From positions 1-64,000 of the forward strand of contig CAXHJY010001136.1 in the NCBI GenBank assembly GCA_964016885.1: a stretch of DNA of 64,000 nt. The letters are read 5' to 3'. A program made the position numbers and the translations under genes. Origin of the DNA: Eledone cirrhosa. Lineage: Eukaryota. The notes beneath the pieces were generated by a model. The model had not been told where the DNA came from and ran no database searches. It was given only the letters and a program-made list of their open reading frames with translations. This document shows, piece after piece, positions 25,751 through 37,890 of the stretch (within the stretch, counting starts at the first letter, position 1; the number at the start of each line of letters is the position of its first letter).

Positions 25751-25826
25751 AAAAGTATACCATTCTATATGTAGGTGGCCCCCATTCATCTCCTGGCAAC
25801 CAATATTTTTAGACGCAGTCCGCCAC

Positions 25827-25883
<57 letters not shown>

Positions 25884-26069
25884 TCTTACTAGTCTTATAT
25901 ATATATAAGACTAGTAAGACCATTGTCCAGCTTGGTACTCGATATTTAAGAAAGTATAGTGTAGATATTATATTTTGTTCTGCTATATGGCTGAGCTCTT
26001 ACCATTTCGACAGTAAGCGGGTAACTCATTTGCTGTCGAAATGTAGGGGAGAAAATTATTATTATAATG

Positions 26070-26104
<35 letters not shown>

Positions 26105-26117
26105 ATGAATATATAAT

Positions 26118-26305
26118 TGTTTCTACTTTTGGCACAAGGCCAGCAATTATTTCAGTGCATTACTGGTACTTTATTTTATCGACCCCGTAAGGATGAAAGG
26201 CAAAGTTAACCTCGGCGGGATTTGAACTCAGATCATAAAGGGAGGTAACTCTATGCTTCAAAGCATGGCGTCCGACCCTTACCGATACTGCCAATCCACC
26301 GCCCT
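26118..26305 (-). mobile_element. SINE family A with 17-bp TSD
   Basis: GTGTATGAATATATAAT at 26101-26117 and 26306-26322. Confidence 0.93.
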
Positions 26306-26339
26306 GTGTATGAATATATAATGCACCCAAATGCCATGA

Positions 26340-27800
26340 AAGAAACTTGTATACAAATGTTATAACGAATCATTGTAACAAAACATATATTTTGTATTCA
26401 CAGGCCTCACTGCCTGTGAATACAAAACTAGATTCTACCAACAACAACATACTTTCATAACCCAGTTCGGAAAACGTTATGACACTTGCGCGAAAAAATA
26501 AACCTTTCAAATTGCAATGGTATACGCCACCCGTGTAAACTTTGTTCTGAAGAAACCATGAGTACATTGCTTACCAATTAAGCCCTCTTAAACACAAAAT
26601 AAAAATAAATCACCATAATGTATGGTCACAGGATATACAAAATATACCTCATCCACAAACCGGTACACGACACCGGATGGTGAGATACTTTGTTACTATT
26701 ATGCACATACATACACTCACCTAAAACCTATAACCAACGAATGGCATCTAAGTGAAAACCACTGCAATACCACTACACAGAAGAAAAAGTGCATACATCC
26801 CCACATACGACGAACCCCAATTATTCGATTAATAGAACTGCCTGCCGTTGAATTTAACGTGTAGGAAGCTGAGTATTCCACTGACATGTGTACTCATAAC
26901 TTCTTTCTCAGAGTTATTCAGCGTGGCACCACGTGTGATATGGTTGGCCCTTTGAATTAGAAATACAGTTCATCCGAGAGGCTTCCAAATAGCCACCGTC
27001 TACCCAAGGCACATACATACATAACAATACACTAATACATCAACCACTATACCAAAGTCATTTCTGTAAACTAACGCATGCATAATTATAAATATACTGG
27101 TACCACATAACTGGACACCAGTATTTACACCTTCATATCCATTATATAATTAACGAAATAACACACGACCAAATGCATACATCATACACCCACACAGAAG
27201 ATCTTCCTTATGTCATAAATAATATACCAAACTCAGAGAACTACCCAATTTCACAACACAACACCCACAAAAACATACACCTACAAATCTTTTTTCTTCT
27301 GTACCAACATTAATTAAAAGACATTGACAATCTGCTAAACCCACCAAATACGTACAACAAATACAAACATGGACACTAGGTGAAGACACAACTTCAATAG
27401 CATGCCGACATCACAGCACCACAGACTCATAAAATACAACCAGACAAAAAGAAACTAAGAACAAAAAAATCAAAATTTTACAGCTTCCATAAAAATAACT
27501 TTATCACTTTATCACGCCAATTATATCACTTCCTTACCTTTACATTTATTAACTCCTTACACTTTCCAATCCAATTTTATTCTTATTCTGGTTTGTGTTT
27601 TTATTTTACTTTTATTGTTGTTTCCTCTTCCACTTTGCTAATATACCTTTTAATCAATATATAACTCTGCCCCCCAATGAGACGAACTTGGCCGAAGTTA
27701 ACACGAACCATTTGGTTAATTTCCTATTTTGCCATCGAAACGATTTAAGCAAGCTTATTTGTCGAGCATTCTATCTAATAATAATATCTACATTGTATTT
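26340..27800 (+). mobile_element. Possible heavily decayed Penelope-like element with terminal HHR relic
   Basis: A/C-rich ex-coding composition with faint RT-like words; relic CCAATGA-GAC...ATC-GAAAC at ~27674-27741. Confidence 0.35.
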
Positions 27801-27871
27801 CCTTTACAATGAGGTACTAAGTTCAATATACATCTTACTAGTCACAACTAGCAACATTTCATCCATATATA

Positions 27872-28001
<130 letters not shown>

Positions 28002-28096
28002 TGTGTGTGTGTGTAAAATTCAAACAGAACAACAAAGCAACGACACAGTATAATGAAGAAATATATTAATTTAACGCTTGAAATAATAGAAAAAGA

Positions 28097-28135
28097 GTTT
28101 TAACGTTTCGGACACACTTGTCCTTCATCAGAAGA
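28097..28135 (-). ncRNA. Minimal PLE-type HHR motif, stem I degraded
   Basis: CUGAUGA-aGGAC-aagugu-GUCC-GAAACGUUA. Confidence 0.55.
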
Positions 28136-28266
28136 TAGAATGAGAAATAAAAGATGAAACACATATATATATATATACAATATATACATATATATATGTG
28201 TGTCCCGGATTCAATCGGGGGCAACCACAGTTAGTATGGTACTCAATACATTAGGAGAGTGTAAAC

Positions 28267-28313
28267 TTTCCTGATGATTTCTTTTGAATGAAACAGTTCT
28301 AGTCCTGTAGAAG
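28267..28313 (+). ncRNA. Type I HHR motif, homologue of the 12871-13058 unit
   Basis: Stem I UUUC/GAAG; CUGAUGA; weak stem II UUC/GAA; GAA-ACAG-loop-CUGU-A (GUA). Confidence 0.6.
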
Positions 28314-28335
28314 CCATTTCTATATTAAACTTTAT

Positions 28336-28370
<35 letters not shown>

Positions 28371-28538
28371 ATACTAAAACGAAGTCATCGGATAGGACCT
28401 AAAAACCTTCGATCGGTTTCCCAATCCCTCAATGCTTTAATTAAGCCAATATCATTTAGATACTAACGTAAAGGAAGCAGGGTGCACACATTAAACGTTA
28501 AATGGTGGGAAAAACGATTTCGGGAATTCGATTATATA

Positions 28539-29112
28539 CTAGACCACCTGTGACTCGTTAGGTCAAGTTCACTTCAAAATATTTTTTTTAAATCATGTTC
28601 ACTTAAAAATAAAAGGCCCATATATATACGTGTGTGTATGTATATATACATATAAATGAGTGTCTGTGATCTATATGCACTGGTCATAGACACATACACA
28701 CATATACACACATATATATACACAAACACAAACACACATACATATATATATATATATACACACACACCCACATATATATATATATATATATACACAACAA
28801 CACCACCAGCTCTCTTCCATTCTCCTTCTCTGTCTCCTCTCCCTCTCTCTATGTCTCTCTTTCAATCTATTCTGTCGCAACCACCATCTCTTCCTCTCTA
28901 TCTTTCTCTCTCTTTGTTTATGAAGGTACCCGGAAAAACCCCCATATCTCGGGAACCCGTGGTCCGATTTACGCGAAACTTGTTTTATTCCATTTGTATT
29001 CCCATTTCAGGGTCAACTTCCTTTCACAGTATTTTCCCATTATGCACCTTTTGGCTGTATTATATTACAGACAAGCAAGCAAGCAAACAATCACAAAGTT
29101 TTAGTAATATAT
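28539..29112 (-). mobile_element. Probable non-autonomous Helitron remnant interrupted by microsatellites
   Basis: Minus strand starts ATATATTACTAAAAC...(TTGC)n and ends GACCTAACGAGTCACAGGTGGTCTAG-T. Confidence 0.45.
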
Positions 29113-29699
29113 ATATATATATATATATAAGCTGTTCCCTCTTTCTCTCCCGACCTTGTTTGTGCCTGCAATAGTTCGACTGATCTTCTATTTCATTAAT
29201 CTCCAATATCTACCTGCTTCACCTACACATCTACTACACATCAACTGACCTGATCTTGCAACTCACTTTAATAATTCAGTAAATCCTTTCACTGCACTCA
29301 TTCATTTCCACTATGACGTCAATAGTAATATTACAACTAATTGTTGCCCACGCACAACATACGTTGATTTCGGGTGGGGGCGGTCCCAGATTTTATTATT
29401 TGTTGAGGATTATTATTTTTATCTCCGAAGCCATCATGTGGCAATAGTGGGAAAAGAAGTCATGAAAGAATTACATTAGATGTTAAGCTTAGTGTTGTCC
29501 ATAACTCTAATACTGTGTGTGGGGTCTCAGCCACATTTCCAAAAACATTAAATTTGCAACATCTACAATAGGAACAATAGGTGGCAATATATACAGTAAG
29601 AACAGTAGGTAATAATAGAGACAATAGGAATAATAGGTGACACTAAATATAGGCGTCAACTGGCAACGAAACTACTTCCTTAGCTACACAAATATAATT

Positions 29700-31140
29700 A
29701 TTCTATAGGTCTGATGTGATGCTTAAAATGGAATGGCTCTTGAGTATGTATATTGACATTAGATTGGTTGTACTGTGCGTTAAACATGATGGTCTATTAA
29801 GCGAAGGCTAAAAGTTTGTATGGCGATTTGTAGGAAAATGAAGGAGAAACTAATTTATAAGCTTTTTCTAGATAGTAAAAGTTTGAAAGGTTTGAGAAAT
29901 GCTTTAATTTGTACAACATTAAAATAACCAGTAAAGCTGCTACAGCTTTACAGATGCTGTTTATAATATTCCCGAAGAATTAAAGAAAATGATTACGGAA
30001 GGAGGCTGCACAACAGAGCAAACATATAATATTGGATTTTCTGGAAGTGTATGCCTGCTAGAATTTATTTCTAGTGAAGCAAGATCAACATCAATTTTAA
30101 ATGTTGCCAAAAATTGCCTGACACTTCTTCTGAGAAGGAATGCCGTTGGTGATATGAAATTATAATCTCTAGTCGTGTGACATTCCAAAAATCTAAGGGC
30201 TTTTAAGGATTACACTAAGTTTTATCTAACTGTGATTTGACATAGAATGATAAAGAGCCTCTTCGAAGACTGGTTTCAAAAAGGTACAATGCCAAGTATA
30301 ATATTTTAAACAAAGTATTGTTCCTTTCAAACAATGCACCTAACCACTTGATATGCTTTTTGTTAATATGAGAGTAGAATATATCCCCAACAATACAAAA
30401 CCTTTGCTCCACCCTATCGAACGGCCGTGGATTGACAGTATCAGACACCATGCTTTGCAGCATTGAGTTATGGCTCTTTGCGTTCTGAGTTCAAATCCCG
30501 CCGAGGTTAACTTCGCCTTTCATCCTTACGGGGTTGATAAAATAAAGCACCAGTAATGCACTGGGGTAATTGCTGGCCTTGTGTCAAAAGTAGAAACAAT
30601 TATTTGAAAAGAACTTTGAACCAACTCATAAAAGCAATTGATGGGAAGAATAAACCTACAATTAGAGATTTCTGGGAAAAGTTCAACAGTGTGGATGTTG
30701 TGGATATCATGGGATGAAATGAAGCCCCCAGCTACGAATGGTATTTTGAAAAATATGACGAAACTCCATCCATGACTTTACAAGTTTTCCATAACAAAAA
30801 GTCTATATCAAATTCGAAAAGATATTGTGGGGTTTGAAGGAGTCGTAGAAAAGATGTTAGAGAAGGTTTTTCTAATAAGAAGCTGATACTGTTAAGAAAA
30901 GAACGAGCTGCAGGGCAACAAGACGATATAGAAGATTCACTTACTCCACTTATTTTTTACTGCAAATATTATTTCTAAAGGGTTAACAACTGTTTATTTA
31001 TTTTTTTGTTTTTACTAATAATGATCCTAATCCTGAACGTTACATAAACATTACAAGAGGAAATTACAACGAGTTCATTTCCTACACTGAGCTGTATAAA
31101 GAGGTGATGCACTATAAACGTCAAGTAATTTTAGGTAAGT
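29700..31140 (+). mobile_element. Second decayed Tigger/pogo transposase remnant
   Basis: LKMEWLLSMYI; AKAKSLYGDL; NIKITSKAATA; PEELKKMITEGG; HSKNLRAFK; PTIRDFWEKFN. Confidence 0.8.
30421..30604 (+). mobile_element. SINE family A inserted in the Tigger remnant
   Basis: B box GAGTTCAAATCCC and central block. Confidence 0.9.
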
Positions 31141-31753
31141 CCTTCACCCCTCAAGCAGATGATGATGATGATAAACTTGCATTATTTTCCCTCACACTAC
31201 AGTCAATATCATGTGTAGTGGGAATGTATCCTAATATGATATTACAATTCTTTATTCCCAAGTGTATTTCTCTTCAAATGATGTTTTGGTATACATACTA
31301 TATTGTGTGTGTTTAAACGTTATTTTCTCTTTTCATACACTAGGGTTTTTTTCACACGCTGACGCGAATGTGTATATGTGTGTACGTGTGTGTATGTTCA
31401 TATGCATATGTATGTTCATATGTATGAGTATATAAATATAAACGTGCAAACACAGACACACTTACAAAAATACACACTCATACATTCACACTAACACACA
31501 AACACACATACATTCACACAAACACATACACGCATAACAAATGGGACGCCAGCCGCTATTTTGCTATAGTTTTTTCACCACCCGTTCCTTCCTTTTACAC
31601 ACACATACATTCACGCAGGCAGCAGACGTAAAAAGAGGGGAGTAGTATGAGGTAGTCAAACTACTCTTATCTCTTTACGTGTTGTGATAGAATCGCAGAA
31701 ATTTATCTCCTTATAATATATAACCAGCAATTTCTCTGTCTGTCCGACAGTGG

Positions 31754-31991
31754 AAACACGTGCGCGCGTGCGAATGTTTTTTGCGCACGCATAGAGAGAG
31801 AGTGAGAGTGAAAGAAAGAGACAGACTACGAGAGGGGGATAGCGGGAGGGAGAGAGGGAGAGAGAGAGAGAGTGAATAGACGCTAAAACACGTGCGCGCG
31901 TGCGAATGTTTTTTGTGCACGCGTAGAGAGAGAGTGAGAGTGAAAGAAAGAGACAGACTACAAGAGGAGGATAGCGGGAGGGAAAGAGGGG
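31754..31991. repeat. Tandem duplication, period about 133 bp
   Basis: AAACACGTGCGCGCGTGCGAATGTTTTTTG...GGATAGCGGGAGGGA twice. Confidence 0.88.
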
Positions 31992-32004
31992 GAATTGAGG
32001 AGTG

Positions 32005-32086
32005 CTACAGAAACATATATACATTTCTGTGTGTGTGTAATATATATATATACACACACAGAAATATATATACATTTCTGTGTGTG

Positions 32087-32129
<43 letters not shown>

Positions 32130-32480
32130 GAAATATATATACATTTCTGTGTGTGTAATATATATATATATACACACAGAAATATATATACATTTCTGTG
32201 TGTGTAATATATATATATATATATATACACACACAGAAATATATATACATTTCTGTGTGTGTAATATATATATATATATACACACACAGAAATGTATATA
32301 TATACACACAGAAATATATATACATTTCTGTGTGTGTAATATATATATATATATACACACAGAAATAAATATACATTTCTGTGTGTGTAATATATATATA
32401 TATATATACACACAGAAATATATATACATTTATGTGTGTGTAATATATATATATATATATACACACAGAAATATATATAC
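32005..32480. repeat. Minisatellite of palindromic units ACACACAGAAAT-ATATATAC-ATTTCTGTGTGT separated by variable (TA)n
   Basis: About 8 full and 2 partial units seen directly. Confidence 0.93.
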
Positions 32481-32815
32481 ATATATATATATATTTAGTG
32501 TCACCTATTATTCCTATTGTCTCTATTATCACCTACTGTTCTTACTGTATATATTGCCACCTATTGTTCCTATTGTAGATGTTGCAAATTTAATGTTTTT
32601 TGGAAATGTGGCTGTGACCCCACACACAGTATTAGAGTTATGGAAAACACTAAGCTTAACATCTAATGTAATTCTTTCATGACTTCTTTTCCCACTATTG
32701 CCACATGATGGCTTCGGAGATAAAAATAAGAATCCTCAACAAATAATAACAACTTGGGACCCCCCCCCCCCCCCCCGAAATCAACGTATGTTGTGCGTGA
32801 GCGGTTTTCTGCTAG

Positions 32816-33666
32816 TCTATATATCTAAAACAGAGAATGTCTGTCTGTCTGTCCCCCTAAAACTCGAGAACCACCCAACCGACTTTTTTCAGACTTTACA
32901 CATGTAATACTTATGGTCGTGTGAGTATTTTGAGCAAATATTTCAAATTTTCAATGCCCTAGGGACCGCATTAGGCGAAGAACCGCAATATTTTAGGCTT
33001 TAAAGGCTTTTTTTTAGGCATAACGGAACAATAATCCAGGTGATTTCTTCAAATTTTGCATTACTTATGTCGTTTAAAGTATTTTGAGCAAAAAAGATTT
33101 TCTCATTTTTTGCCCCAGGGACCGCATTAGGTGAAAAACCGATTTTTAAAAGCATTTTGGTTGCGTTAGTGCCTGTAACTCGAGAAGTACCCAATCGATT
33201 TTTTTTTTATTTTGCATAAGCATTACTTATGTTTCACAAATTTTCTTGACTGAAAAAGATTTCAAATTTATGCCCGGGGACCGCATTGTTTAGCATTTTG
33301 GTTGCATTAAGGCCTGTAACCTTAAAAGAATCCAACTAAATTCCTTCATGCTCTCCACCACTGCAGTCCCACATGCTTACTGCTCTGTAACTATTGCTTT
33401 CATTGTACCATAGCACAACAAATACATGTTCGGTTTGTCGAATGCCTTTTTACTTAACCCTATCGTCTTGGCTTTCGTGGGTTGAACATTTTACTCTCAG
33501 GCACCCAACTAAGTTAAACACCTGGTAATCTACGACGAATTGTTTTTATAAGCACAAAATGTAGACACCATCCTGAGGCCGAGGTATTCCGTACTTCTCT
33601 GTACTGTTTCAGAAAGGAGGGATAAACATGCCAATCTATGTTTAGAATCCCGAGCCATTCTGCTAG
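32816..33666 (+). mobile_element. Non-autonomous Helitron
   Basis: 5' TCTATATATCTAAAAC, internal ~170-bp subrepeats (GGGACCGCATT), 3' CTGCTAG-T; homologue at 50256-51334. Confidence 0.82.
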
Positions 33667-33958
33667 TATATAGATAAAAGTGGTTGAATAGCTCGTTTCT
33701 TTTGTTGTTGTTTTTCTACATTTTGTCGGAAAATATTCCGTCGGAAACGCATCCTATAAGGGGAAAATAGGCTTCGCGCTGCGTTACGGAAAGATTTTTA
33801 GATACGTAAGAGATACTTGTAGCAGGGCGATAAAATATAAGAAAGCCTCAACTGTAAGCCAATATTGCCTGTTTGAATTTTAATGTTTAATTCGTTAACT
33901 CTTCAACAGTCGGGCTGCTTTCTGTTCCCGTTCATAAACAGGAGTAAGAAGCGCGAGA

Positions 33959-34008
<50 letters not shown>

Positions 34009-34354
34009 ACTGCTCAGAGATACTAAATGTTTATCTACGTGACTAACACCCCTATGCAGTTCATGGTAGGGTGCTACTTCCTAAATGAAGTGTTTTTCCT
34101 TAATGCGGAAGTTCACAGCATCCGTGTTCACCGAAACCTGTATTTTCTTACTATTTATTAGGTATTGAAATCAGTGTTGTGATACTATCATGTCTGGTGA
34201 TGTCTTATAAAAGTGTTCTACTATTCTGAGGTGTAACTGTCGTTTCCTATATCTTATGTGTTTTAGCATTCAAATCAACATTGGTTTTTATACAAGCGGA
34301 TCGCTGTTTTGTGATTTGTTCTTTGGTCTGAGACAACAACTAACGGCTTAAGTA

Positions 34355-34519
34355 TTAACCTGTTGACTGCCGCGTATATTTTACACAGTTGCTGTGCCGG
34401 GCTTTTTTTTTTTAGTAAAACGAAGTTATGAACTGTTGGAAACGAGTTATCTCGTCCGTGTCACTGGAATGCATACATGTTAGGATGTGTTATCTCGTCT
34501 ACAGCACTGAAGAGGTTAA
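34355..34519. mobile_element. Possible piggyBac-like MITE
   Basis: TTAA-CCTGTTGACTGC ... GCACTGAAGAGG-TTAA with repeated GTTATCTCGTC. Confidence 0.45.
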
Positions 34520-35244
34520 AACTTAAAACAGTAATAAATCTTTCAGTCGAAACATATTTCTGTTATTTTATTATCGTGTGTTATTGTTGTCCCCTGTTCA
34601 CACCAACACTAGGGAGGTTTTCATGTCTTTAGTACAACTGGAGAGATTTCCTCCATTCTTTGTTTGGCCAGTTTTCTACAGCTGGATACCCTTTCTAATA
34701 GAATCAACGTTACAAAGTGTACTGGGTGTGTTTTATCACGGAATCAACACTAAAGAGGTTGTCGTGCCCTTGACACAGAAAAAGAGTCATCTCGGCATTC
34801 TTTTGGTTTGTTTCTACAGCTGGTTGACTTTCCTATCACCAACCACTTTACAGTGAGTACTGGGTAGATTTTTCGTGGCACCAGTACGAGAAAGATCACT
34901 TTTATCACCATCCAGCGCAGTACACCAACATTGATTACAAGCCTAATAAATAGTAAGAAAATGCAGGTCTTGGGGAACAGCGATGCTACAAACTTCCGGA
35001 TTGCGGAGGTACACTTCATTTAGGAAGTAACACCCTGCCACGAACTGTGAAAGGATGTTACTCAAATAGATATACATATTTACAATATTTGAGTAGCAAA
35101 GGTACTCCCGCGCTTCCTATTGAAGGATGATATGTTACAAGTGAGTCATGTTGGGGGGGGGGGGGGCGTTGGAATGAGAGAAGCAGGGAGAGTGCTAGGC
35201 ATGATATCATGGGGGTGGAGGGCGGATAACAGTTCATTGCGGCA

Positions 35245-35461
35245 ACCATGTCTATGAACAGAAAGCAAGTGCTATTGACAATTGAACCGAAAAAGTAGAG
35301 ATTGAAGAGAATCTAGATCAGGGCGAAAAGTCATCAAAGATTGTAAAAGAACATCATAGTTAAACTCATTAAAAATTCTGTAAACTTGATTGTCTTTTTA
35401 AATCAGTTATCCGAACAAAATATTCAACACTCGTCTCTATTGGATAATCAAAGTCTAACTG
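35245..35461 (+). mobile_element. Tigger-like deletion derivative (N-terminal HTH plus right end)
   Basis: MSMNRKQVLLTIE...LDQGEKSSKIVKEH; ends GGATAATCAAAGTCTAACTG-TA. Confidence 0.55.
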
Positions 35462-35529
35462 TATTGTACTATTTCTTTTTTTTTTTTTTCATTAATGGCG
35501 TGTAAACTAAACGAAAATATTACGTTTGT

Positions 35530-36095
35530 AAATGTTCGCTAGAAGTGAGAACGGCACTAGACCAGTTCTTCAATGCGAAACACAAAGGTTGTGTTATCAG
35601 AAGTAGAAACAAAGGAGCGAAAGCTGTTAGCTGGACCCGAGTGGCAGAGGCGAAAAGTGGCAATAAATCCACAATTCGGTCTTTGAAAGACCAAGATGGA
35701 CATGTGCTACTTGAATCCAGACAGATGTGCACAGCTTTCCAACAGCACTTGGAACAACTGTTCGGGTAGAGCGGTTTGTCGGACGAGGTGACGGACTTCA
35801 GTCCCTACCTTGACGGCCTACCACGACTCTCGAACACAGATGCAGAGAGCTGCGAGAGACTGATCACAGCCGCTGAAATACAAGACGCCTTAGGCCACTG
35901 TGGGAAACGTAAATCATCCGGTCTAGATGGTCTACCTTATGAGTTTTACATAGGCATGCCAGGCTTGTTCTCTGGCGTCCCCGAAGAGGTCTACTGCAAC
36001 TGGCAGCAGAACGGGAGGATTCCCATTTCTGTAAACCGAGGCGTAGTAACGCTGATCAGGAATGACTAGAATAAAGGGGACAACATAAGCAATCC
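35530..36095 (+). mobile_element. Tx1/L1 ORF2 fragment (linker and start of RT)
   Basis: GCVIRSR; STIRSLKD; ITAAEIQDAL...KSSGLDGLPYEFY; GVVTLI. Confidence 0.88.
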
Positions 36096-36106
36096 CCCCT
36101 CTCTCC

Positions 36107-36178
<72 letters not shown>

Positions 36179-36976
36179 TATATATATGTATATGAGTGTG
36201 TGTATGTGTTTGTATGTATGTGTGTAAGTATGTATGTTTGTGTATATGTGTGTATCTGTTAGACACGCAGTGACTAACAACAGAATGTTTTAAGTCTGCG
36301 TAAAAATTCAAGGGGTTTCGCTGGCCGTGGTGATCCCTGCCAAACATCTTTTGTAATGTATCGTCTTATTGGCTAATTTCATTGTCTTATTGGTTAATCA
36401 ACCAATGAGAGTTATTGTTACTCAAAAGCATCCGCCACTTTGTTTGCACGTTTATTTATCGTTTCGCTTTCGAATCTTCCTCCTGTATTTCGTCGTTTAC
36501 CATCAAAATATTTTTCTCGTTTTGGTAAGTTATATTGTTAATTTATATATGATTTTTAAAATTTATATTACCTATTTTTTTCAGTTCGTTATAACATGCT
36601 TGTAATATTGGTTGTATCATATTTACTTGTATATTTGTCCATATTATTGTTCGTTTTATGTTAGATTATTTTATTATTATTATGTTAGATTATTTTTTAT
36701 TATTATGTTAGACTATTTGTATGTAATATTTAATTTTTATTAATTCAACTATAACAATTATTATGTAAAATATATTATTTAATATTGATTGTTTTTTGTA
36801 GTTGTTTATATTAAAAGTCTGAAAATATTTTTATACATCTTACAATAATATTTATAAGATCATTTATAAAATAACAATTGTATCATCTAATTACATTACA
36901 ACGATAATTTGTTATTAATATATATCATGTTTAACTAGAGTTTAACATTACAAGCGTTGCCTTAAAAAAATATTAA

Positions 36977-37423
36977 ACTAGACCTGAAAAATGCGCAAGC
37001 TCAAAAGAGCCACAGAATGTTATAATAAACCTTCAAAAGTTTGGGACTAGAGTTGTTGCTCAAAAATATTGTAATCATTATCTATCGTACACTCTGTGGC
37101 ATCCTTTTATAAAAAAGAGACTCATAACGAACTCAAGACGACACGATAATTATTTAAGTGAATTTCTAATATAGAATTCGGTTTAAGTGCATTTCGTATT
37201 AATCATTACTAAACATCTAATATAAGATATTCAACATTAGCTTAAATAATTATCGTGTCGTCTTGAGTTCGTTATGAGTCTCTTTTTTAAAAAAAGGATG
37301 CCACAGAGTGTACGATAGATAATGATTACAATATTTTTGAGCAACAACTCTAGTCCCACACTTTTGAAGGTTTATTATAACATTCTGTGGCTCTTTTGAG
37401 CTTGCACATTTTTCAGGTCTAGT
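36977..37423. mobile_element. Fold-back MITE with ~182-bp near-identical TIRs and 82-bp spacer
   Basis: Arms 36977-37158 and 37241-37423; termini TAGACCTG/CAGGTCTA (hAT-like); no clear TSD. Confidence 0.88.
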
Positions 37424-37492
37424 ATATATATGTGTAAAGCGAAGAATTGTCTAATAGTTACAGTTTTAAAAGTTTACGTTTATAAAATGACC

Positions 37493-37555
<63 letters not shown>

Positions 37556-37655
37556 CAAATTCATGATGACGCCGATCATGGTGACAGCAGCGGCGGCGGC
37601 TGCGGTAGTGGTGGTGGTGGTAGTGCTATCACGGCTGCTGCTGATGATGATGATA
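37493..37655. repeat. (GAT)n and GGC/GGT trinucleotide repeats
   Basis: Seen directly. Confidence 0.95.
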
Positions 37656-37890
37656 AGTTTGTTGTTTGAAATGAAATGTCAGTAGAGATCGTTTAGTGCT
37701 TTGGAAATGTTAATTTGATTAATCTCCTTGTGGGCAGTGGAGTAGCAGAAATGTTAGAACGAATGACGTCTTGAATGTATTGCGGCATTTAGTTACGTCT
37801 CTGAACCCGCTGGAATACCAACCAAATAAAATCTTATGAAATACAGAACGATCCTCTGAGTAACGTGGTCCTGGATATATTTTAGAAAAG

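Larger units (their letters stand above)
29349..32799. repeat. About 300-bp near-identical inverted repeats (29349-29651 and 32490-32799), 2.8 kb apart
   Basis: Direct comparison shows only a few substitutions and a variable G/C run. Confidence 0.92.

Noticed and set aside
32005-32480. CRISPR-like palindromic repeats
   Set aside because: Spacers are only (TA)n, there are no cas genes, and the context is eukaryotic
29349-32799. Intact long-TIR Tigger transposon
   Set aside because: The repeats lack CAG termini and TA TSDs, and are much younger than the enclosed transposase relic
37430-37685. Poly-Asp/Gly or poly-Met ORFs (also poly-Ser/Val/Leu at 63421-63769)
   Set aside because: Trinucleotide microsatellites without exon context
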